A DNA stretch of 32,000 nt from Acinetobacter sp. MD2 (GTDB lineage Bacteria > Pseudomonadota > Gammaproteobacteria > Pseudomonadales > Moraxellaceae): assembly GCF_035615575.1 (NCBI RefSeq), contig NZ_VTDK01000005.1, forward strand, positions 1 through 32,000, in the 5' to 3' direction. Within the stretch, counting starts at the first letter, position 1. Each line of letters starts with the position of its first letter. Shown in pieces: positions 1 through 9,911 of the stretch. A program made the translations under genes and the position numbers. A model generated the notes under the pieces. The model saw nothing but the letters and a program-made list of their open reading frames with translations. It was not told the origin of the DNA and made no database searches.

Positions 1-198
1 ACGGCTTCAACGGCTTCAACGGCTTCAACGGCTTCAACGGCTTCAACGGCTTCAACGGCTTCAACGGCTTCAACGGCTTCAACGGCTTCAACGGCTTCAA
101 CGGCTTCAACGGCTTCAACGGCTTCAACGGCTTCAACGGCTTCAACGGCTTCAACGGCTTCAACGGCTTCAACGGCTTCAACGGCTTCAACGGCTTCA
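1..198. repeat. Perfect 9-bp tandem repeat (ACGGCTTCA) x22, running off the left window edge. It is in frame on the minus strand and encodes (EAV)n.
   Basis: Read directly. Positions 1-198 are 22 identical 9-mers, and the reverse complement GAA GCC GTT gives E-A-V in the frame of the RNase HI ORF. Confidence 0.97.
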
Positions 199-737
199 AG
201 CTGATCCATTTCAGTTTCATCATCAAAATCTAACCCAAAAGGGTCGTTTAGCAGCCAATCGGTCTCAGGCTTTTTTGTATCTTGCATGGGTGAATGAGTG
301 GTTTTATTGGGTTGTGTGGCTTGATCTGCACCTAAATTGGCTAAGTGATCCGCCATTTCATTGCCTGCATGACCTGCATGGCCTTTAATCCAGTTCCATT
401 CAATGTTACGGCCTTGGCAAACTTGATCTAGTTTTTGCCAAAGATCAGGATTTTTAACATCTTTCCAATTTTTCTTTTTCCAATTGTGAATCCAACTGGT
501 AATGCCATCTTTGACATATTTGGAGTCTGTCCAAATAATCAGATGGGCCTGTTGAGGGCAGGCGAGTATCCCTTCAATTGCTGCGGTCAGCTCCATACGG
601 TTGTTGGTTGTGCCAAGCTCTCCACCATAGATTTTCTGTTCGTGATCTGCATGGATAATATAAGCGCCCCAACCACCTATTCCACCCGGATTTCCGCGAC
701 AAGCGCCATCAACATATAGTGTGATTGTTTGTGACAT
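1..737 (-). CDS. rnhA: Ribonuclease HI domain, the 5' part of an ORF that stays open to the window edge. Probably the N-terminal half of an RNase HI-DnaQ (Pol III epsilon) fusion.
   Basis: ATG at 737 on the minus strand. My translation is [62 protein letters not shown], which matches RNase HI motifs. It continues ..DDETEMDQL(EAV)n with no stop, so it is absent from the ORF track. The fusion to dnaQ is inferred from known Acinetobacter architecture and is not visible here. Confidence 0.85.
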   Translation of the reverse strand, partial: MSQTITLYVDGACRGNPGGIGGWGAYIIHADHEQKIYGGELGTTNNRMELTAAIEGILACPQQAHLIIWTDSKYVKDGITSWIHNWKKKNWKDVKNPDLWQKLDQVCQGRNIEWNWIKGHAGHAGNEMADHLANLGADQATQPNKTTHSPMQDTKKPETDWLLNDPFGLDFDDETEMDQLEAVEAVEAVEAVEAVEAVEAVEAVEAVEAVEAVEAVEAVEAVEAVEAVEAVEAVEAVEAVEAVEA

Positions 738-947
738 GATACAAAACCCAAACTCAATTGAAAAAGAAAACGTAATATTCTAAACCCAAAATCGTAATAT
801 TCGTGCATTGATGCCAACTTTTTAATTTCTTGTAACATTTATCTCTAAATCAGCAGGAGATATAGCCTTGTCTGCTGCGTATGCTTCAATACAATGGCTT
901 GATGTGAATATTACAATTCTCACGACTTTGTTTGGAATCTTACTTAT

Positions 948-3900
948 ATGTTTAAACCCACTACGGCATTGTGGCAATTTCCTGCACCGCAATTTTTTAA
1001 ACTTACGCTTTTAAGTTCAACGATGGCCGCTTTGGCACTCACAGCAGGTTGTAGTTCAACCACCACAACGACTCAGCCTACAAAATCCAAACAAGTCGGG
1101 AGTGGCGATTATTTAGATGCATCATCTTTAGACTCTTTAGAAGACTTATTATCTGCTACAGATATGCGTGCTGTAGAGGGTGACCGGTTACTGATTTTAA
1201 AACATGGCGATGTGTGGAAGCGCATGACGGTTGGTTTTAAAATGGATGAAAATCATTGGGATCCACGAATTGATGCACAGCGTAATTGGTTTATTTCTCG
1301 TCAGCCATATTTAGACCGTTTGAGTGCCCGTGCCAGTCGTTACTTGTATCATACTGTAAAAGAAGCTGAACGCCGTGGTATGCCAACCGAATTGGCCTTA
1401 TTACCTGTGATTGAAAGTTCGTACGATCCTGCTGCAACTAGCTCGGCCGCTGCCGCCGGGTTATGGCAGTTTATTCCAAGTACAGGACGTATTTATGGCT
1501 TACAACAAGTCGGTTCTTACGATGCTCGTCGTGATGTGGTTGAATCAACCCGCGCTGCGTATGAGTTTTTAGGTAGTTTGTATAATCAATTTGGTTCGTG
1601 GGAGCTGGCTTTGGCCGCTTATAATGCAGGCCCAGGACGCGTACAACAAGCAATTAACCGCAATGCTGCCGCAGGCTTGCCAACTGACTATTGGTCGTTA
1701 AAGTTACCTGCAGAAACCATGAACTATGTGCCACGATTCTTGGCTGTGGCACAAATTGTGAAAAACCCACGAAACTACGGTGTGGTTTTACCGCCGATTG
1801 CCAATCGTCCCCATTTCCGTGAAGTGAAAGTGCCTGCGGGCGCATCGCTAACCGATATTGCAAATTTAGCAGGGTTAAGTCGACCAGAATTGTATTCATT
1901 AAATCCAGGTTATCGTGGGGATACGGTTGAGCCTTCAAGTCCTGCACGGATTTTAATTCCATCTGATATTAGCCCCGCGATTGACCGTAAATTAATGGCA
2001 TTACAAACCAATTATGCGGGAACCTCTGGTGGTCTTTGGGCAAATAACACGACTGTAACGACAACAACCTCACCCAATAGTACGGTATTAACACCAAGTA
2101 AAACGACACCACCACCAATTCAAGCTGCAAAAAATACCGCCAATAATGCGAATCTAACAGCTTTAACTGCTGCAATTAGCCAACCAAGTAGTAATGGTTC
2201 AGTGGGACGTACGCAAAAAACGACCCCGCAAAGTGCAGATGCTTTGGCGATGTTTGCCAATAATGCTGACGTACCAAGCGCACCACGGATTCCTGTTGCA
2301 GTCACTACATCAACAACAGTAAAAAGTCCCATTTCTGTAGAACCACCAGTTTCACAAAAAGAACGTGAACGGATTTTGTCGGAAATTCGTCAAGATGATT
2401 TGAAAAATGAAACTGTGAATAAAGTGGTGAATCCTGTTGCAACAACAGCACAACAACAGCAAGTTGTGAATGAAATTAAGGCGATTGCCCCTGCAGGAAC
2501 TGAAATTGTTGATCCTTATGATGGAAAAATTAAGCTAACGGCGATTCAAACCAGTTTATCTGTTGCCGAAAATGAAGGAAAAGAGGTCAGTAAAAGTTTT
2601 ACTTATCCAAAACAATTAGTGGATGCCACGCCTGCCAATTCAGATGAAATGCAGCGTAATAAAGGCAAAAATGTTATTAAAACCGACACAGATATAGTTG
2701 TAGTTGCGCCAAAGGGGCAACGTAGCACCTATAAAGTGATTGCAGGTGATACCTTAGCTGTTATTGCTATGAAGAACGGTGTTGCTTGGCGTGATATTGC
2801 CAAATGGAATCAGATTGACCCTGACGCACCGTTATTTGTGGGTACAAGCTTATATTTATATGATGCTAAGCCACAAAATAATACGCCGCCATCGGCAGCA
2901 AAAGTATCTAAACCTGATAGTTATACAGTGAAAGCGAATGATAGCTTAACTGTGGTGGCGAGTCAGTTTGGGTTAACTGTAAAACAATTGGCAGATTGGA
3001 ATAAGCTTACGCCAAGCAGTAATTTGTTTGTGGGTCAGAAGCTAAGCCTAGTTGCACCAGATGAAGATAAAACAGCAGTTGCTGAAACAACGAAAAACAG
3101 CAAAATCAGTAAAGTCAAAACCAAAGTTTATTTAGTAAAACGTGGTGAATACTTAAAAGTGATTGCAGACCGTTATGGATTGTCGGTACAAGAGTTGGCA
3201 GATTTAACCCCTGACTTAACTGTTGCGAGTACCGTAATGGTGGGGCAAAAAATCAATGTGCCTTTACATGAAGTTGTAGATGCGCCTGATACTTCAGTTG
3301 CTGACGCGCGTCGTAGTGCAGATAAAGACACCACAGTCACCGAAAGTTATAAAGTACAACGTGGCGAGAGCTTAGCCAGTATTGCCAATAAAGCCAAAAT
3401 GTCGGTGGCTGATTTCGCTAAATTAAATAACTTGAAAGTAAATAGTACGATTCAGGCAGGGCAAAGTTTGAAGGTGCCTCAAGGTGTTATTGTGCCCGAT
3501 GTTTATACGGTAAAAAGTGGTGATCATCTGTCGAGTATTGCCGCTCAATATAATTTAACGGTCGATTATATTACTAAATTAAATGGTTTGAGTCGTAATG
3601 CGGGCGTGCGCGTTGGGCAACATTTGAAATTGACTGGGTATGTACCTGAGCCAACCAACAGTAGCCGTAATGATTCAGCGGATGCTAGTCGTTATGTGGT
3701 GAAATCTGGCGATACTTTAGCAAGTGTGGCAAAAAAATATCATTTCCAAGTGGCATATTTGGCACAGCTGAATGATTTGAAAACCTCATCTAAGCTACAT
3801 AGTGGGCAAACTTTGACAGTCACAGACGATTCTACACCTGCTAAAGAAGCGAAAAATACGGCTGCTGCAAATACTGCGAAAACACCAGTTTCGACAAAAA

Positions 3901-4199
3901 GTAGTGAAAGTTATGTCGTACAATCGGGTGACTCTTTAACAAGCCTTGCTAATCAATATAGTTTAAGCGTAAAAGAGCTGGCCGAAATGAATGGCTTGAG
4001 TGCAAAAACCAGCTTGCGCCGTGGACAAAAAATCGTTGTGCCGAAATTAACCACGACATATAAGGTGAAGTCAGGCGATTCATTGATTCGTGTAGCGGCT
4101 AAATATAATCTCGATGCGAAAACCTTGGCTGACATGAATGATTTAGAGCCGAATGCTGCACTGCGTTTAGGCACAACATTAAAAGTGCCAAATTTATAA
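948..4199 (+). CDS. mltD: Membrane-bound lytic murein transglycosylase D-like lipoprotein with an SLT domain and 8 C-terminal LysM repeats
   Basis: Signal/lipobox-like ..ALALTAGCSS. SLT motif ..LPVIESSYDPAATSSAAAAGLWQF..AYNAGPG. Eight repeats of Y.V..GD.L..IA....L....L...N.L......GQ.L.V between about aa 590 and 1083. Confidence 0.9.
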   Translation: MFKPTTALWQFPAPQFFKLTLLSSTMAALALTAGCSSTTTTTQPTKSKQVGSGDYLDASSLDSLEDLLSATDMRAVEGDRLLILKHGDVWKRMTVGFKMDENHWDPRIDAQRNWFISRQPYLDRLSARASRYLYHTVKEAERRGMPTELALLPVIESSYDPAATSSAAAAGLWQFIPSTGRIYGLQQVGSYDARRDVVESTRAAYEFLGSLYNQFGSWELALAAYNAGPGRVQQAINRNAAAGLPTDYWSLKLPAETMNYVPRFLAVAQIVKNPRNYGVVLPPIANRPHFREVKVPAGASLTDIANLAGLSRPELYSLNPGYRGDTVEPSSPARILIPSDISPAIDRKLMALQTNYAGTSGGLWANNTTVTTTTSPNSTVLTPSKTTPPPIQAAKNTANNANLTALTAAISQPSSNGSVGRTQKTTPQSADALAMFANNADVPSAPRIPVAVTTSTTVKSPISVEPPVSQKERERILSEIRQDDLKNETVNKVVNPVATTAQQQQVVNEIKAIAPAGTEIVDPYDGKIKLTAIQTSLSVAENEGKEVSKSFTYPKQLVDATPANSDEMQRNKGKNVIKTDTDIVVVAPKGQRSTYKVIAGDTLAVIAMKNGVAWRDIAKWNQIDPDAPLFVGTSLYLYDAKPQNNTPPSAAKVSKPDSYTVKANDSLTVVASQFGLTVKQLADWNKLTPSSNLFVGQKLSLVAPDEDKTAVAETTKNSKISKVKTKVYLVKRGEYLKVIADRYGLSVQELADLTPDLTVASTVMVGQKINVPLHEVVDAPDTSVADARRSADKDTTVTESYKVQRGESLASIANKAKMSVADFAKLNNLKVNSTIQAGQSLKVPQGVIVPDVYTVKSGDHLSSIAAQYNLTVDYITKLNGLSRNAGVRVGQHLKLTGYVPEPTNSSRNDSADASRYVVKSGDTLASVAKKYHFQVAYLAQLNDLKTSSKLHSGQTLTVTDDSTPAKEAKNTAAANTAKTPVSTKSSESYVVQSGDSLTSLANQYSLSVKELAEMNGLSAKTSLRRGQKIVVPKLTTTYKVKSGDSLIRVAAKYNLDAKTLADMNDLEPNAALRLGTTLKVPNL

Positions 4200-4203
4200 G
4201 TTT

Positions 4204-6048
4204 GTGGCATTCGCTGCATTGAGTTTAAGGTGTTGTGCTTGGTTGGGACTTGTTTTGGCAAGTCCTGTTACTTTAGCACAGCTACAAACAACGCCGTATT
4301 TGGCACTTGGTCATGCATCGCCTTTATCTTATTTAAAGGCGATGCCTTATGCGAACCCTACTGCGCCTAAAGGCGGCATATTAACGCGTGCAAGTTATGG
4401 CACTTTTGATAATTTAAATAGCATGAATGGTAAAGGTAGTGCCACCGAAGGGGTGAACTACTTATTTGATAGTTTGATGAGCAAATCATTAGACGAACCG
4501 AATATCTTTTATCCTTTGCTTGCTACTCGTGTCAGTTATGAGCCAAATCATCTCCATTTCATTATTTTTCATTTAAATCCTGCCGCACGCTTTAGTAATG
4601 GTCAGCCTTTAACTGCCGATGATGTCAAATTTAGTTTTGATACCTATCAAAAGAAATCTAATTTTGGCTTACAAATGTATTTAGCCGATCTTGCTAAAAC
4701 GGAAGTTTTATCTAAATATACAGTTAAATTTAGTTTTAAGTCGCAAAATAATCCCAAGATGCCTGCCATTGTGGCAAGTTTGCCCATTTATGCTCGGGCA
4801 GACTGGCAACATAAAGATTTTACCCGTGTCAGTTTGGCACCCATTTTAGGTTCAGGGCCTTATTTAATTGCAGGGATGGATGCAGGACGCAGCATTCGTT
4901 ATCAACGTAATCCACATTATTGGGGCAAAGATTTGCCGGTAAATAAAGGGCGTTATAATTTTGATCAGCTAATTTATCGTTATTATCGTAGTGTAGACAG
5001 TGCCTTTGAGGGCTTTAAAGTGGGGCAATATACCTTACAAGAAGAAACCGATGCTAGACGTTGGGTGACAGGCTATCATTTTCCTGCGGCCCAAGCAGGC
5101 AAAGTCGTGCAGTACCGTTTTGCACATCGTAACCCGATTATCCCACGCAGTTTTGTGTTTAATACCCGCCGTGCGCCATTAAATGACATTCGTTTACGTC
5201 AGGCCATGACCTATGCTTATGATTTTGAATGGCAAAATAAAGCCATGTTTTATGGGCAGTATCAACGGTTGCAAAGTTATTTTGCCAATAGTGAACTTGC
5301 CGCTACAGGTAAGCCGAGTGCGCTTGAGTTAAAGTGGTTGCAGCCTTGGTTAAAACAAATTGATCCGATTGCACGCCAAGGGGTGTTAAGCGATTGGCAT
5401 TATCCTGTTTCGGATGGTGATGGTTTTAATCGTCATAACCTCATTCAAGCACAGCACATTTTAAAGCAAGCGGGCTATGTGATTCGGCACAATCAATTGT
5501 TCGATCCGCATGGCAAAGCGGTTAAATTTGAGTTTTTATTGAATCAAGACGCCATGCAGCGGGTGCTGATGCCATTTGCCCGTAATTTAAAAAAACTCGG
5601 TATTCAACTTAATATTCGCATGGTAGATACCCCTCAATATATCGAGCGTATGCGCCGTTACGACTTTGATTTAAGTACGAATGATATGCCGCAAAGCCTG
5701 ACGCCAAGTCATGAGCAAGCACAGTTTTGGGGCAGTCGTGCGGCAACAGAAATAGGTAACTATAATTATGCAGGGATTCAAAATCCTGTCATTGATGCGG
5801 CAATTACTGCCATTGTTCAGGCACAAAATCGTCAGCGATTGATTTTGGCAACCCATGTTCTCGACCGTTTGTTACGGTCAGGCTATTATCAAATTTTAAC
5901 CTACGGCACAGGCGAAACATGGTATGCCTATTGGAACATGTATCGACAGCCGAGCCAAAAACCAAAACTGAGCGCAGGGATTGACTATTGGTGGTCGGAC
6001 CCAAAAGCTGCACAGCAGTTACAACAGCATGATTTAAAATCATTTTAA
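4204..6048 (+). CDS. yejA: ABC transporter periplasmic substrate-binding protein, family 5 (YejA-like peptide/microcin C type)
   Basis: GTG start and an N-terminal signal peptide. Length of about 610 aa. It sits first in a 4-gene SBP-permease-permease-double-ATPase operon, as in yejABEF. Confidence 0.8.
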   Translation: MAFAALSLRCCAWLGLVLASPVTLAQLQTTPYLALGHASPLSYLKAMPYANPTAPKGGILTRASYGTFDNLNSMNGKGSATEGVNYLFDSLMSKSLDEPNIFYPLLATRVSYEPNHLHFIIFHLNPAARFSNGQPLTADDVKFSFDTYQKKSNFGLQMYLADLAKTEVLSKYTVKFSFKSQNNPKMPAIVASLPIYARADWQHKDFTRVSLAPILGSGPYLIAGMDAGRSIRYQRNPHYWGKDLPVNKGRYNFDQLIYRYYRSVDSAFEGFKVGQYTLQEETDARRWVTGYHFPAAQAGKVVQYRFAHRNPIIPRSFVFNTRRAPLNDIRLRQAMTYAYDFEWQNKAMFYGQYQRLQSYFANSELAATGKPSALELKWLQPWLKQIDPIARQGVLSDWHYPVSDGDGFNRHNLIQAQHILKQAGYVIRHNQLFDPHGKAVKFEFLLNQDAMQRVLMPFARNLKKLGIQLNIRMVDTPQYIERMRRYDFDLSTNDMPQSLTPSHEQAQFWGSRAATEIGNYNYAGIQNPVIDAAITAIVQAQNRQRLILATHVLDRLLRSGYYQILTYGTGETWYAYWNMYRQPSQKPKLSAGIDYWWSDPKAAQQLQQHDLKSF

Positions 6049-6067
6049 TGATGAGCGTGGAGGGTAA

Positions 6068-7132
6068 ATGGGGCGTTATGTATTGAAACGGCTCGTATTG
6101 ATGTTGCCGACTCTATTTGTCATTTTATTGATTAATTTTGTGATCGTGCAAATTGCCCCAGGTGGTCCTGTCGAGCAAGCGATTTTACAGGCACAGCAGT
6201 TTCAAATTGAACCAAATCACCCGCACACAAACATGGATGATGCACAGCATTATCAAGGAGCGCAAGGTTTAAGCCCTGAAATGTTGGCTCAACTTAAAGC
6301 ACAATATGGTTTTGACCAACCCATGGATGTACGATTTTGGCAGATGCTCAAACGTTATGCTCAGTTGGATTTAGGCGAGAGCTTTTTTAAGGGCAAGGCG
6401 GTGAGTCAATTAATTTGGGAAAAACTGCCCGTTACCTTGTCGCTAGGTGGATGGAGTTTGCTGCTGATTTACCTGATTGCCATTCCATTAGGCATATATA
6501 AAGCCAAGCGGCACGGCAGTCTCTTTGATCGTACCACTTCGTTACTTTTGGCAATGGCTTATGCTGTGCCAAGTTTATTGTTTGGGGTGCTATTGCTGAC
6601 TTTATTTGCAGGGGGGAACTATTGGCATTGGTTTCCGCTACAAGGTTTAACGTCTGAAAATATTCAACACTTAAGCTTTGTTGGAAAAATAAAAGACTAT
6701 TTTTGGCATTTAACTTTACCTGTTTTGACCCTCACTTTAGGCGGTTTTGCAAGCTTAACTTATCTTACCCAAGCATCGTTTATAGAAGAAATGCACAAAA
6801 CATATGTGCTTGCTGCACGAGCCAAAGGTTTGAGCGAAACACAAGTATGGATAGGGCATATTTTTCGTAATGCCATATTGGTGGTACTTGCAAGCTTGCC
6901 TGAAACCATTGTTGGGGTATTTTTTGCAGGAACACTATTTGTGGAAATTTTATTTAATTTAGATGGCATTGCCTTGTTGGGTTTTGAGGCGGTATCTGAG
7001 CGAGATTATCCAATTATTTTTGGAATATTATTGTTGTATACCTTATTGGGTTTAATACTCAGATTAGTGGGCGATATGTTGTATCACTGGATTGACCCTC
7101 GGATTACTTTTGATTTAGAGCGAGCGCCATAA
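6068..7132 (+). CDS. yejB: ABC transporter permease (YejB-like)
   Basis: Multi-TM protein with a binding-protein-dependent transport (EAA-like) region ..YVLAARAKGLSE... GGAGGG Shine-Dalgarno upstream. Operon position. Confidence 0.85.
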   Translation: MGRYVLKRLVLMLPTLFVILLINFVIVQIAPGGPVEQAILQAQQFQIEPNHPHTNMDDAQHYQGAQGLSPEMLAQLKAQYGFDQPMDVRFWQMLKRYAQLDLGESFFKGKAVSQLIWEKLPVTLSLGGWSLLLIYLIAIPLGIYKAKRHGSLFDRTTSLLLAMAYAVPSLLFGVLLLTLFAGGNYWHWFPLQGLTSENIQHLSFVGKIKDYFWHLTLPVLTLTLGGFASLTYLTQASFIEEMHKTYVLAARAKGLSETQVWIGHIFRNAILVVLASLPETIVGVFFAGTLFVEILFNLDGIALLGFEAVSERDYPIIFGILLLYTLLGLILRLVGDMLYHWIDPRITFDLERAP

Positions 7133-8145
7133 TGTCGCGGTTATGGTCTGAACGTGTGCAACGTTTTAAGCAAAATCGTTTGGGATATTTCAGCTTGATT
7201 GTATTGGGGCTAATTTTTTTCATTTCAATGTCGGCCAAGTGGATTGCCAATGACAAACCGTTACTGGTTTATTATCAGCAGCAGTATTATTTACCTATTT
7301 TAACGTCTTACCCTGAAACGACTTTTGGGGGCGTATTTGAAACAGAAGCCGATTATAAAGACCCTGTGGTACAACGCTTAATACAAACACATGGTTGGAT
7401 GTTGTGGCCCATGATTCGCTATGCAGCCAATACGCCTAATTTGGACTTACAGCGGTCTGTACCATCACCCCCTAGCCAAGACAATTGGTTGGGCACAGAT
7501 GACCAAGGGCGTGATGTTTTGGCACGGGTATTATATGGGTTGCGTAACGCCTTGCTGTTTAGTTTTGCTTTAAGCTTAGCCTCGGCGGTTGTAGGTATTT
7601 TGGTCGGGGCGATACAAGGCTATTATGCAGGATGGATTGATTTAATTGGGCAGCGCATTTTAGAGATTTGGAGTGGTTTGCCGATGCTCTTTATTGTGAT
7701 GATTTTAGTGAGCATGTTTAGCCCAAGTATTTATTGGTTATTTGCAATCATGCTATTTTTTGGTTGGACAAGTTTGGTGAGTCTGATTCGTGCAGAGTTT
7801 TTGCGGAGTCGTCATTTAGATTATGTCCGTGCGGCGAAAGCCATAGGTGTCCCCAATTATTTGATTATTTGGCGCCATATTTTACCCAACGCTATTACCT
7901 CAAGTTTGTCACAATTGCCCTTTTTGTTGATGGCCAATATGACTGCCTTAACAGCACTCGACTTTTTAGGTTATGGTTTGCCGCCAGAAACTGCTTCGTT
8001 AGGTGAGTTGCTATTACAGGGTAAAAATAATTTAACTGCGCCGTGGTTGGCATGTGCGGGCTTTATCAGCTTAGCATTGGTGCTAGCTTTATTAATATGT
8101 GTTGGAGATGCCATTCGTGATGCCACTGATCCAAGACAACTTTAA
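7132..8145 (+). CDS. yejE: ABC transporter permease (YejE-like)
   Basis: The ATG overlaps the yejB stop (TAATG). N-terminal TM, then a periplasmic loop ..WLGTDDQGRDVLARV.. typical of OppC/DppC-type permeases, and ..YVRAAKAIGV... Confidence 0.85.
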   Translation: MSRLWSERVQRFKQNRLGYFSLIVLGLIFFISMSAKWIANDKPLLVYYQQQYYLPILTSYPETTFGGVFETEADYKDPVVQRLIQTHGWMLWPMIRYAANTPNLDLQRSVPSPPSQDNWLGTDDQGRDVLARVLYGLRNALLFSFALSLASAVVGILVGAIQGYYAGWIDLIGQRILEIWSGLPMLFIVMILVSMFSPSIYWLFAIMLFFGWTSLVSLIRAEFLRSRHLDYVRAAKAIGVPNYLIIWRHILPNAITSSLSQLPFLLMANMTALTALDFLGYGLPPETASLGELLLQGKNNLTAPWLACAGFISLALVLALLICVGDAIRDATDPRQL

Positions 8146-8173
8146 AGGTGCTTTTTGCAGGCATGAGGATGGC

Positions 8174-9730
8174 ATGCTCTTAGATGTTCAACATTTGCAA
8201 ATTCGGACTGAACAACAGCTTTTACTTGAGGATTTAAGCTTTCAACTGCGGGTAGGACAGACTTTGGCTTTTGTGGGGGAGAGTGGTTCGGGAAAATCGC
8301 TGACGCAATTGGCAATATTGGGTTTGGCCGCGAAAAATTTAAAGGTTACGGGGCAGATTGAATTTCAAGGTCAAAATTTACTTCAGTGTTCAGAACAATA
8401 TTTGCAGCAAGTTCGTGGTAAAAAGATTGCGTTAATCTTTCAAGAACCCATGAGTGCTTTAAATCCATTACATACGGTTTTGCACTTGGTTGGGGAATGC
8501 TTTTTTTTACAAGGGATGCAGCGAGATACTGTCCAACAGCGTGTTATTGCACTGCTAACTGAAGTTGAATTGGCAGATGCCCATCATTACTTAAATGCTT
8601 ATCCACATCAGCTTTCGGGTGGTCAGCGACAGCGAGTGATGATTGCTGTTGCTTTAGCGCAAGCACCTGATATTTTAATTGCCGATGAAGCCACGACTGC
8701 TTTAGATGCTCATTTGCAAATACAAGTTTTACAGCAACTTAAACGGATACAGCAACAACGCAATATGGCGCTCATTTTAATCAGTCATGATTTGGCTTTG
8801 CTACGCCATTTTGCTGATGATGTGATTGTAATGAAACAGGGGCGTGTCATAGAGCAAGGCAATCTTGAGCAGATTTTTTCACATCCCCAACACAGATATA
8901 CCCAGCAATTGTTAACATGTGATTTTGGCCAAGCTGCTGCGCTTGTACCGAATCGATTAAATTCATTGCTTGAACTTAAACAGTTAAGCATTCGTTTTGC
9001 AAAACCTCGGACAAAATTTTGGCGTAAAAAGCAGTTCAAAACGGTATTGACTGCACTCAATTTGACATTACAGCAAGGTGAGTCGATTGGCGTGATTGGT
9101 GAAAGTGGTGCAGGTAAAACATCGTTGGCTTTGGCTGTGGCGCGTTTACTACCTAGTCAGGGTGAGATTGTTTTTTTAGGGCAAAACTTAAATCAATGCC
9201 AAGAAAAAGCATTACTGGTGTATCGCCACCAATTGCAAATAGTGTTTCAAGATCCTTATAGCAGTTTAAACCCACGTTTGACAGTTGCAGAATCAATTGG
9301 GGAAGGGGTAGATCCAAGCTTAAAGCAAATAGAACGTCAACTTAAAATTGAACAGGCTGTGACTGAGGCTGAATTACCACTGTCATTATTGATGCAATAT
9401 CCACATCAACTCTCGGGTGGGCAGCGTCAGCGTGTGGTTCTCGCGCGTGCGATGATTTTAAAACCCAAGTTACTTATTTTAGATGAACCGACGTCTGCAT
9501 TAGATCGAGCGACGCAACGTGAAATTGTGTATTTATTGCGGCGTTTACAACGGCAATATCAAATGAGTTATTTGTTAATTAGTCATGATTTGGATTTGGT
9601 TCGTGCTTTATGTCAGCAGGTACTTGTGTTACATCAAGCAGAAGTCGTAGAGTTCCAAGCTACAGAGCAGCTTTTTCAATCACCTAAACATTTTTATACC
9701 CAACAACTTTTGAAAGCGAGCAGATATTAA
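8174..9730 (+). CDS. yejF: ABC transporter ATP-binding protein with two fused ABC domains (YejF-like)
   Basis: Two Walker A motifs (GESGSGKS, GESGAGKT) and two signature motifs (QLSGGQRQRV twice). I chose the ATG at 8174, preceded by GAGGA. The track ORF starts at 8099 and overlaps yejE, so the start is uncertain. Confidence 0.88.
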   Translation: MLLDVQHLQIRTEQQLLLEDLSFQLRVGQTLAFVGESGSGKSLTQLAILGLAAKNLKVTGQIEFQGQNLLQCSEQYLQQVRGKKIALIFQEPMSALNPLHTVLHLVGECFFLQGMQRDTVQQRVIALLTEVELADAHHYLNAYPHQLSGGQRQRVMIAVALAQAPDILIADEATTALDAHLQIQVLQQLKRIQQQRNMALILISHDLALLRHFADDVIVMKQGRVIEQGNLEQIFSHPQHRYTQQLLTCDFGQAAALVPNRLNSLLELKQLSIRFAKPRTKFWRKKQFKTVLTALNLTLQQGESIGVIGESGAGKTSLALAVARLLPSQGEIVFLGQNLNQCQEKALLVYRHQLQIVFQDPYSSLNPRLTVAESIGEGVDPSLKQIERQLKIEQAVTEAELPLSLLMQYPHQLSGGQRQRVVLARAMILKPKLLILDEPTSALDRATQREIVYLLRRLQRQYQMSYLLISHDLDLVRALCQQVLVLHQAEVVEFQATEQLFQSPKHFYTQQLLKASRY

Positions 9731-9911
9731 TTTTTACTGTTGTGATTATTATCGTCTTTCATGTGTTGTTTTGTGATTTAAATCAATATTTATGGTGTGA
9801 TTGTATTATTTTTTATATAAATAACAAATGCATAACAATTAAATCTTAAAAAAATAATATAAAAAATTTAATATTAAGCACTCTACTTGATTGTTTAGGA
9901 AATTATTTTTC

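Noticed and set aside
1-198. Possibility that the tandem array is a CRISPR or other non-coding repeat
   Set aside because: The units are 9 bp with no spacers and are in frame within an open reading frame. This is a coding VNTR, not a CRISPR array.
435-719. 94-aa plus-strand ORF
   Set aside because: It lies entirely antisense to the clearly recognisable RNase HI coding sequence. It has an odd composition and no motif, so it is a shadow ORF.
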